From an uncultured Gemmatimonadota bacterium (GTDB lineage Bacteria > Gemmatimonadota > Gemmatimonadetes > Palauibacterales > Palauibacteraceae): a DNA stretch of 64,000 nt. Every line of letters begins with the position of its first letter. The stretch's first letter is position 1. Location of the stretch: the NCBI GenBank assembly GCA_964465015.1, contig CAYXHP010000068.1:2362-66361 (forward strand), given 5' to 3'. The position numbers and the translations under genes were made by a program. This document shows, in pieces, positions 28,659 to 37,688 of the stretch. The notes beneath the pieces were generated by a model, which was not told where the DNA came from, made no database searches, and was given only the letters and a program-made list of their open reading frames with translations.

Positions 28659-30350
28659 ATGAGCGGAGCGGGCCAGGCGCCTCCTCCCCACGCCGGCGAG
28701 GAGTTCGTACCCGCCGACTACCAGCCGCCGCTGCCGGAGCGCTTTCTCCTCCACGAGGAGCCGGGCGAGGAGGCCGTGCCCCTGGACGTGCTGTTCGTGG
28801 GTGGCGGGCCCGCCGGCCTGGCGGGAGCGATCGAGCTGGCCCGCCTGTCGCGGGCCGCCGGCGAGAGCGGGGAAGGGCCCGCCGACCTCGAGATCGGCGT
28901 GCTCGAGAAGGCGGCGTCGCTCGGTGAGCACTGCCTGTCGGGAGCCGTCGTCCGCCCCGGTCCCTTCCGGGAGCTGTTCCCGGACGTCGCCGAGGAGGAT
29001 CTCCCCTTCCGCATGCGCGCCCCGGAGGACCGGGTCTATCTCCTCACGAAGCGCGGACATTTTCGACTGCCCACGCCTCCCACCATGCACAACACCGGAA
29101 GCCACGTTGCCTCGATCTGCGAGATCGTCCGCTGGATGGGCGAGCGAGCCGAGGAGCTCGGAGTCAACGTGTTCACGGGGTTCCCGGCCGAGGCCCTGCT
29201 CGTCGGAGAGCGCGGCGTGGTCGGTGTGCGCACGACGCCCACCGGCCTGGACCGGAGCGGGGAGCCGGGGAGCGGCTACATGCCGCCCACGGACATCTCC
29301 GCGCGGGTGACGGTCCTGGCCGAGGGGACGCGCGGCTCCCTCACCTCCGCCTGGCTGGACTGGCAGAAGATCGAGTCGCCCAACGCCCAGATCTACGCGC
29401 TCGGGGTCAAGGAGCTGTGGCGCGTGCCCTCCGCGCCGGACGCCATCATCCACACCCTGGGATGGCCGCTGCCCGACGACGCGTTCGGAGGGAGCTTCGT
29501 CTATCCGATGGGGGAGGACCTCGTGGCGCTCGGAGTGGTGGTGGGTCTCGATTATCCCGAGGCCGACCTGGACGCGCACGTGCTCCTGCAACGGCTCAAG
29601 ACGCATCCGCTCGTCGCGGAGCTCCTCGACGGAGGCGAGGTGGAGGAGTGGGGCGCCAAGACGATCCCCGAGGGAGGCTTCCACGCCCTTCCCGAGCGGC
29701 TGCACGGGGGAGGGCTGGTGGTCGTAGGCGACGCGGCCGGCTTCGTGGACGTTGCGTCGCTGAAGGGGATCCACTACGCCGTCCACTCCGGGATGCTGGC
29801 GGCCCGGGCCATCTTCCGGGCCCTGCAGGAGGACGACGTGTCGGAGAGCGGTCTGCGTGCCTACGATGCGGTCATCCGGGAGAGCTTCGTGGTCCACGAC
29901 CTGTACCGGACGCGCAACATGCGGCTCGCCTTCAAGGAGGGCGGCCTGTACCGGGGCGGGCTCAAGTCCGGGCTCATGACTCTCACGGGCGGCCGGTGGC
30001 CGGGCCGCAGGATCCCGGCCCTGGCGGACGCGCTCGAGCCCCGATCCCGATCCGGGAGTCGCGGGCTCACGCCGGATGGCGAGCGGTCCTTCTCCAAGGA
30101 GGACGCGGTCTACCGCTCCGGCAACACGACGCGCGACGACCTCCCATCCCACCTCTTGGTGGGCGAGGACGTGCCGGGGCGGGTGGCGGACTTCTACGCT
30201 CACATGTGCCCGGCGGGCGTGTACGAGCGGGAGGACGATCGGCTGGTCGTCAACGCGCCCAATTGCGTCGACTGCAAGGCGACCGACGTGCTGGGTCCCC
30301 GCTGGACCCCCCGCGAGGGAGGGAGCGGGCCCGGCTACCAGCGCATGTAG
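28659..30350 (+). CDS. Electron-transfer flavoprotein:quinone oxidoreductase
   Basis: VGGGPAGLA FAD-binding motif, LSGAV, LGVKELW, HTLGWP, KGIHYA, C-terminal CPAGVY…NCVDC and PREGGSGP. Confidence 0.92.
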   Translation: MSGAGQAPPPHAGEEFVPADYQPPLPERFLLHEEPGEEAVPLDVLFVGGGPAGLAGAIELARLSRAAGESGEGPADLEIGVLEKAASLGEHCLSGAVVRPGPFRELFPDVAEEDLPFRMRAPEDRVYLLTKRGHFRLPTPPTMHNTGSHVASICEIVRWMGERAEELGVNVFTGFPAEALLVGERGVVGVRTTPTGLDRSGEPGSGYMPPTDISARVTVLAEGTRGSLTSAWLDWQKIESPNAQIYALGVKELWRVPSAPDAIIHTLGWPLPDDAFGGSFVYPMGEDLVALGVVVGLDYPEADLDAHVLLQRLKTHPLVAELLDGGEVEEWGAKTIPEGGFHALPERLHGGGLVVVGDAAGFVDVASLKGIHYAVHSGMLAARAIFRALQEDDVSESGLRAYDAVIRESFVVHDLYRTRNMRLAFKEGGLYRGGLKSGLMTLTGGRWPGRRIPALADALEPRSRSGSRGLTPDGERSFSKEDAVYRSGNTTRDDLPSHLLVGEDVPGRVADFYAHMCPAGVYEREDDRLVVNAPNCVDCKATDVLGPRWTPREGGSGPGYQRM

Positions 30351-30395
30351 CCGGATCCCCGGGCCGGCGGTAAGAGACGGGGCGAGGGGGGCAGG

Positions 30396-31166
30396 ATGGG
30401 CGAAGCCTACGAGGCCGAGCACCGTGGTCGTCTCTTCCACCTCGTGTGGCCGGCGGCCTCCTACCTGTTCACCAACCTGACGGCCGCGGTGGGCGCTCTG
30501 CTCTTCTTCGTCCTCAACCGCACGACCGTGGTCGGCCGCGATCGGCTTCCCCAGGGGCGCAACATCCTCCTCCTCTCCAATCACCAGTCGATGATCGACA
30601 GCTGGCTGGTCGGGATCTCGGCGTACTACCCGCAGTCCTTCTGGCGCCCCTGGCTCATCCCGTGGAACCCCGCCGCGCGCGAGAACTTCTTCAAGAACCC
30701 GCTGCTGGCCCTGTTCTCGGACCTGTGGAAGGCGATTCCCATCCGTGAGGGGCGGCGGGACTACAGGGCCCTGTACCGCATGCTGCGGGCGCTTCGGGAC
30801 GGCGTCATGGTCCTGTTCCCGGAAGGGACGCGATCCAGGGACGGCAGCATCGGACCGGGGCGGCCGGGCGCCGGCCTCCTGGCTCTCGGGACCAAGGCGA
30901 GCGTCGTGCCGGTGACCATCGAGGGCATGGACCGCGTGCTGCCGATCGGGAGCGTGGTGCCGCGCGTCGGGCGGCGAGTCTACGTGTACTTCGGCGAGCC
31001 GATCGACTACTCGGACTTCGAGGACCGGCCCCGCTCCAAGGAGACGGCTCAGGAGCTCGTGGACCGGGTGATGGAGGTGCTGCGTGCCCAGCAGCGCGCA
31101 CTGCAGAGGATCCGGGCGGCGCGGTCGCCGGACCGCCCGTCCACCTCCGCAGGCGACCTGAGGTGA
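30396..31166 (+). CDS. Lysophospholipid acyltransferase family protein
   Basis: NHQSMID (HX4D) and FPEGTRS. Confidence 0.88.
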   Translation: MGEAYEAEHRGRLFHLVWPAASYLFTNLTAAVGALLFFVLNRTTVVGRDRLPQGRNILLLSNHQSMIDSWLVGISAYYPQSFWRPWLIPWNPAARENFFKNPLLALFSDLWKAIPIREGRRDYRALYRMLRALRDGVMVLFPEGTRSRDGSIGPGRPGAGLLALGTKASVVPVTIEGMDRVLPIGSVVPRVGRRVYVYFGEPIDYSDFEDRPRSKETAQELVDRVMEVLRAQQRALQRIRAARSPDRPSTSAGDLR

Positions 31167-31191
31167 CGGGCGGCCCGGACGCCGTGCCGGG

Positions 31192-32433
31192 TCAGGCCAG
31201 GTCGACGCCTTCGCCGCGCACGACCGGCTCGATCGCCTCGAGCGCCTCCTCGAGGATCTCGCGTGTGGCGACCAGGGGCGGGGCGAACCGGATGACCTGG
31301 TGGTGCGTCTCCTTGGCCAGGATCCCGCGGTCCATGAGAGCCTCGCAGAAGGGCCGCGCCGTTCCCGAGGTCTCCTTGATCACCACGCCGATGAGGAGAC
31401 CCCGGCCCCGGACCTCCTCCACGTGGGGCGAGTCGATGGCCCTGAGTCGGTCCATGAACCAGTCGCCCAGCTCCCGGGCTCGATCCGGGAGTCGCTCCTC
31501 GAGGATGACGCGCAGCGACGCGCTGCCGATGGCCGCGCCCAGCGGATTGCCCCCGAACGTCGAGCCGTGATCGCCGGGCGTGAACACGTCCATGACCTCC
31601 GCGTCGGCCAGGATGCCCGAGACCGGATAGACGCCCCCGCCCAGCGCCTTGCCGACAATGAGGACGTCGCCTCGGGTCCCGTCCCAGTCCCCGCAGAACA
31701 GCCTTCCGGTCCGACCGAGCCCCGTCTGGATCTCATCGTTGAGGAGCAGGACGTCCCGCGCGGCGCAGAGCTCGGCGCAGCGGGCCAGGTAGCCTTCCGG
31801 CGGAACGATGACGCCCCCTTCGCCCTGGATCGGCTCGACCAGGAAGGCCACCGTGTCCTCGGTGATCGCCTCCTCGAGCGCGTCGACGTCCCCGAACGGG
31901 ATCACCTCGAAGCCGGGCGTGAACGGGCCGAAGCCGTGACGGTATTGCGCCTCGGTCGAGAATCCGACGATGGTGGTCGTGCGACCGTGGAAGTTGTTCG
32001 CGCAGGCGATGATCCGGGCCTGGCCCTCTGGTACGCCCTTGACCGTGTACCCCCACTTCCGGGCCGCCTTGAGCGCGGTCTCGACCGCTTCGGCTCCGGT
32101 GTTCATGGGGAGCGCCTTCTCGAAGCCTGTCGCCTCGCACAGCTCGTGGAGGAAGGGGCCCATGCGGTCGTTGTGGAAGGCGCGCGAGGTGAGGGTGATG
32201 CGCTCGGACTGCTCGCGCATGGCCTCGAGGATGGCAGGGTGCCGATGGCCCTGGTTGAGCGCCGAATAGGCGCTCAGCATGTCCAGATAGCGCTTCCCAT
32301 CCACATCCCACACGAAGCAGCCCTCCCCGCGCGCGAGGACCACGGGGAGCGGCTTGTAGTTGTGGGCACTCCAGCGCTCCGCCTCCCGGATGGAGGCCTG
32401 GGTTTCCTGACCGGCGGCGGTCGTCGGGCTCAT
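31192..32433 (-). CDS. rocD: Ornithine--oxo-acid transaminase
   Basis: AHNYKPLPVV, SAYSALNQGH, MNTGAEAVE, DEIQTG, GKALGGG, HGSTFGGNP. Confidence 0.95.
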   Translation of the reverse strand: MSPTTAAGQETQASIREAERWSAHNYKPLPVVLARGEGCFVWDVDGKRYLDMLSAYSALNQGHRHPAILEAMREQSERITLTSRAFHNDRMGPFLHELCEATGFEKALPMNTGAEAVETALKAARKWGYTVKGVPEGQARIIACANNFHGRTTTIVGFSTEAQYRHGFGPFTPGFEVIPFGDVDALEEAITEDTVAFLVEPIQGEGGVIVPPEGYLARCAELCAARDVLLLNDEIQTGLGRTGRLFCGDWDGTRGDVLIVGKALGGGVYPVSGILADAEVMDVFTPGDHGSTFGGNPLGAAIGSASLRVILEERLPDRARELGDWFMDRLRAIDSPHVEEVRGRGLLIGVVIKETSGTARPFCEALMDRGILAKETHHQVIRFAPPLVATREILEEALEAIEPVVRGEGVDLA

Positions 32434-32725
32434 GTGTGAAACTCCTGGCTCCGGGGTCTCTGGTTTCCGTCGCGCCTCCCGGGGATGGGAACCGGCGCGG
32501 GGACGCGGTGCTCTCGGGCCAGCTTAGAGTCCGCGCGGGGGCGCCCGCAAGCAGGCGCGGACGGGCTCGGGACGGCGACTGGACAGGAGGGCGAGCGCGA
32601 CGCATCGTGCGGCCGTCAGCCGGTCGGGCCCGTCGCCCGAGCCGGCCGGGCTCGGCTCGCGCCTCTCCTCGGGGACGCCGGGGGTCGCGGGCTTCCAGGA
32701 CGAGCGTCTCGCAAGGAGTGCGGGG

Positions 32726-32842
32726 GTGTACTACACGCTGTTCACGATCATGCTGGCGGTGCTCGTGGCCGGGCTCGGCGCCGGTCTGGCGTTCATCTGG
32801 CTGCCGGGTATCCACGACGGCGACGACGGCCACCGGGCGTGA
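32726..32842 (+). CDS. Putative 38-aa single-pass membrane microprotein (not in the ORF track)
   Basis: AAGGAG 7 nt before GTG; reads MYYTLFTIMLAVLVAGLGAGLAFIWLPGIHDGDDGHRA*; nearly all codons end in G/C. Confidence 0.65.
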   Translation: MYYTLFTIMLAVLVAGLGAGLAFIWLPGIHDGDDGHRA

Positions 32843-32853
32843 CGGGTTCCATG

Positions 32854-32913
32854 TATCACCGGGTGGATCTCGCTGATATGCAAGGTGTTAGCATGTGATA
32901 TCTGACGTATCAC
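32854..32913. promoter_or_regulatory. AT-richer patch with TATCAC/GTGATA inverted repeats (candidate operator)
   Basis: GTGATA-N7-TATCAC at 32895-32913, plus TATCAC at 32854-32859 and TGATA at 32874-32878. Confidence 0.4.
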
Positions 32914-33046
32914 CGCAGCGATGGTACACGGTGGACACGGGGGCCCCTTGGCCTTAAGTTGTTAGACTGTCCCGGTCCTCCGCGGGTTCCCGTTCGAGGG
33001 GACCTCCCGTGAGGGCCGCGCGGAGAACCGTGAGGTGAGGGGGAGA

Positions 33047-33298
33047 ATGACGAAGCATTTTCTCGACGAGAACGGACGGCGTTGGAAGGCCTGGCGCGCA
33101 TCTCGAGATGTCTACTGGCCGGACCCCAACGTCAAGCAGCCGGACACCGAGTACGACTCAGTCATCTTCGTGTGCTTCTCCGATCCACAGCAGCCACAGC
33201 GCAGGACGCGCCTGCCGGTGGGGTCCTTCGATGGCCTGGACCCGGAAGCCCTCCGGGAGCAATTCCTGGACGCGACGCCGGAACCGGCCCCTCGCTAG
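33047..33298 (+). CDS. Small hypothetical protein (83 aa)
   Basis: RBS GAGGGGGAG; protein-like composition (FLDENGRRWKAW…VIFVCFSD…RRTRLP); genome-typical codon usage. Confidence 0.75.
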   Translation: MTKHFLDENGRRWKAWRASRDVYWPDPNVKQPDTEYDSVIFVCFSDPQQPQRRTRLPVGSFDGLDPEALREQFLDATPEPAPR

Positions 33299-33561
33299 GG
33301 GGGAACGGAACAGGGTCGCGGAAACCAGGCTGGAGCGCGGGGTCGGGCTCGCCCGGTCCCGCGCTCCCATCGTATCGGCACCGGTCCGGAGCCGCTCCGG
33401 ACGCCTCGTCCACCTCGCGGTCCGCTGACATGTTTCTTGCACCCCGTATGGGACGCCGGGCTCGGCGGGGCCGGCCATCCGGTGAGACTCGCGGCCCGCC
33501 GGGGACGCGCCTCGGCGGCCGGCGAGCAAGGTAACCGACCAGGGAAAGGCACACGCGTACG

Positions 33562-34689
33562 ATGGCGGAACAGATCATGGCCAAGGGCCTCGAGGGCGTG
33601 GTCGTCTCCGAGACCTCCCTCGGATACATCGACGGTCAGCAAGGGAGGCTCCTCTACCGGGGCTTCGACATCCACGACCTGGCTCGTGAGGCGTCCTTCC
33701 TGGAGGCGCTCTACATGCTCTGGCACGATCGGCTGCCGGGGCGCTCCGAGCTCGAGGAGTTCGAGGGCGAGCTGGCCCGCCGACGCACCCTCTCGCACGG
33801 CGTCCTGGGCGTCGTCCGGAGCCTGCCGGAGGACGCCAACCCCATGACCGTCCTCCAGGCGTCGGTGGCGGCGCTGGGCGCGTACGATGAGGAGGCGGGC
33901 GACAACAGCCCGGAGGCCGAGCTCCGCAAGGCCCAACGGCTCGTGGCCCGGATACCGACGGTGATCGCGGCCTTCGACCGGATCCGGGGCGGCGAGGAGC
34001 CGGTGGATCCGGACCCAGAGCTCGGTCACGCGGCGAACTTCCTCTACATGCTCCGCGGCGAGAAGCCCGAGCCTGTCGAGGCGAAGGCCCTGGACACGAG
34101 TCTGCTCCTCTACCTGGAGCACGGGTTCAACGCCTCCACGTTCACCTGTCGGGTGATCGCGTCGACTCTGGCCGACCTGCACTCGGCGATTGTCGGGGGC
34201 ATCGGGGCGCTCAAGGGCGAGCTGCACGGCGGAGCGAACGAGAAGGCCATGCGCATGCTCCTGGAGATCGGCTCGGAGGACAAGGCCGGGGCGTGGGTGG
34301 ATCAGGCCCTGGAGGAGCATCGCAAGATCATGGGTTTCGGCCACCGCGTCTACCGGGCCGAGGATCCCCGCGCCACCCACCTTCGGGAGATGTCCGAGCG
34401 GCTCAGCGAGGAGCTGGGCGATCCGAAGTGGCACCGGATCGCGCGCCGCGTCGAGGAGACGATGCTCGACCGCAAGGGCATCCACTGCAACGTCGACTTC
34501 TACTGCGGCATCGTCTACTACACGCTCGGTATCCCGCTGGACCTCGACACGCCGCTGTTCGCGGCCGGTCGGGCGGGTGGGTGGTCGGCGCACGTCATGG
34601 AGCAGCACGCCGACAACCGCATCATCCGACCTCGCGCCGAGTACGTGGGCTCCAGGGACCGGAAGTTCGTGGCGCTCGACGAGCGCTGA
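33562..34689 (+). CDS. gltA: Citrate synthase (short type; 2-methylcitrate synthase not excluded)
   Basis: GLEGV, EHGFNASTF, LHGGANE, MGFGHRVY, NVDFY; adjacent to icd. Confidence 0.9.
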   Translation: MAEQIMAKGLEGVVVSETSLGYIDGQQGRLLYRGFDIHDLAREASFLEALYMLWHDRLPGRSELEEFEGELARRRTLSHGVLGVVRSLPEDANPMTVLQASVAALGAYDEEAGDNSPEAELRKAQRLVARIPTVIAAFDRIRGGEEPVDPDPELGHAANFLYMLRGEKPEPVEAKALDTSLLLYLEHGFNASTFTCRVIASTLADLHSAIVGGIGALKGELHGGANEKAMRMLLEIGSEDKAGAWVDQALEEHRKIMGFGHRVYRAEDPRATHLREMSERLSEELGDPKWHRIARRVEETMLDRKGIHCNVDFYCGIVYYTLGIPLDLDTPLFAAGRAGGWSAHVMEQHADNRIIRPRAEYVGSRDRKFVALDER

Positions 34690-34740
34690 GCCGAACCACC
34701 CGGCCGGCTCCCCGTCGACCGGATGCCCGATCGCACAGCG

Positions 34741-34781
34741 GAGCCGTCCGGCGCAGTCGCCGGGCGGCTCTTCGTGTTTTT
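34741..34781 (+). terminator. Intrinsic terminator after gltA
   Basis: 12-bp stem GAGCCGTCCGGC/GCCGGGCGGCTC (one G-U pair), 6-nt loop, followed by TTCGTGTTTTT. Confidence 0.7.
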
Positions 34782-34893
34782 CGCCTACCGGTCGAGGGGA
34801 GCCCGTGATATCTTCGCGCGGGCCGAGCTCGTGGCTCGGTCTCCTTCGCTCACGGGGCCTCCTCTCCAGGCCAGACAGGAGGATGGACGAACG

Positions 34894-36143
<1,250 letters not shown>

Positions 36144-36147
<4 letters not shown>

Positions 36148-37688
36148 CGCCGGTGAATCCGGCCGTATCGCCGATCGAGCCGGGGACGGAGGAGAAGCCG
36201 GTGGAGGTGGTGGACGGCCCGGCCGCCGCCCTGGACGTGGAGCTGGTGGCGGTGGGGCTCGGCCCGGGGACGGCTCCCACCGGGGCGGCGGCCGAGCTGG
36301 ACGCCGAAGCCGGCGGGACCCTGGGTCGGTGGGTCGCGGCCGGCCGGTTTCGCGGTGAGGAAGGAGAGGTGCTGTACGTGCCGGCGTCGCGGGGCGGCCC
36401 CGACCTCCTGGCCGTGGGTCTGGGGGAGGGCGGTACGCCGGCCGGCGAGGCGGTGCGAAAGCTGGCCGGCATCGCGGTCCGGGAAGCCCGAAGCCGCCGG
36501 CTGGGCTCGGTGGCCGTCAGCCTCCCCGAGGGCCTCGGGGCGCCGCTCGAGGAGGCGGTGTGGGCGGCGGCGGAGGGGCTCGTCCTCGGCGACTGGAGCT
36601 TCGAAGAGCTCCGCGGCGCCGAGCTGCGCGAAAAGAGTCCTCCGCGCCCGTCGCGGGCCGCCGTGCACGTCCCGTCGGGAGAGGTCACCGAGACCCTCCG
36701 GGAGGCGGCACGGTCGGGCCGTGCCGTAGCGGCGGCTCAGAACTGGGTGCGCGGCCTGGCCACGCGTCCCGGGAACGTGGCCACCCCGACCTTCCTGGCC
36801 GTGCGGGCGCAGGAGCTGGCCCGCGATCGCGACCTCGAGGTCGAGGTGTGGGAGCCCGACCGGCTGCGCGAGGAGGGCTTCGGCGGACTCCTGGCCGTGG
36901 CGCGGGGATCGGCGGAAGAGCCGCGATTCATGATCCTGCACTATCGCGGCGCCGAGGGGGCTCCGTTCGTGCTGGTGGGGAAGGGGGTCACGTTCGACGC
37001 CGGCGGCATCTCCATCAAGCCGGCCGCCGGCATGGAGGACATGAAGTTCGACATGGCGGGCGGCGCGGCGGTCCTCGGGGCGATGAGGGCCGCTGCCGAT
37101 CTCCGGCTCCCGGTCCGGCTGGTGGGGCTGGTCCCTTCCACGGAGAACCTCCCCTCGGGCAGCGCGGTCAAGCCGGCGGACGTCATCCGAGGGGTGTCGG
37201 GCAAGTCGATCGAGGTGGTCAACACCGACGCGGAGGGCCGCCTGATCCTGTCCGACGCGCTCGCATACGGCTCGCGCCTCGGCCCGCGCGCCATGGTGGA
37301 TCTGGCGACGCTCACGGGCGGCTGCGTGGTGGCCCTGGGACACTACGCCAGCGGGCTCATGACGGACGACGACGCGCTCGCGGCGGAGCTGGAGGAGGCC
37401 GGCCGGCGGACGGGCGAGCGCGTGTGGCGCCTCCCCATCTGGAGCGAGTACCGGCGGCAGATGGACTCGACCATCGCCGACATCAAGAACAGCGGCGGCC
37501 GGGACGGAAGCGCTCTCACCGCCGGCTGTTTTCTCAAGGAGTTCGTGGGGGAGGGCGTCCGCTGGGCGCACCTCGACATCGCCGGCACGGCCTGGACCGA
37601 GAAGCCGGGACCCTATCAACCGGAGGGAGCGACCGGCGTGGGCGTGCGGCTCCTCATCGACTGGCTTCGTCGCGCTGCCGAGCACTGA
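36144..37688 (+). CDS. pepA: Leucyl aminopeptidase (M17)
   Basis: [36 protein letters not shown]. Confidence 0.96.

Noticed and set aside
33426-33441. sigma54-like TGACATG-N4-TTGCA upstream of gltA
   Set aside because: The spacing fits, but the near-invariant -24 GG is GA.
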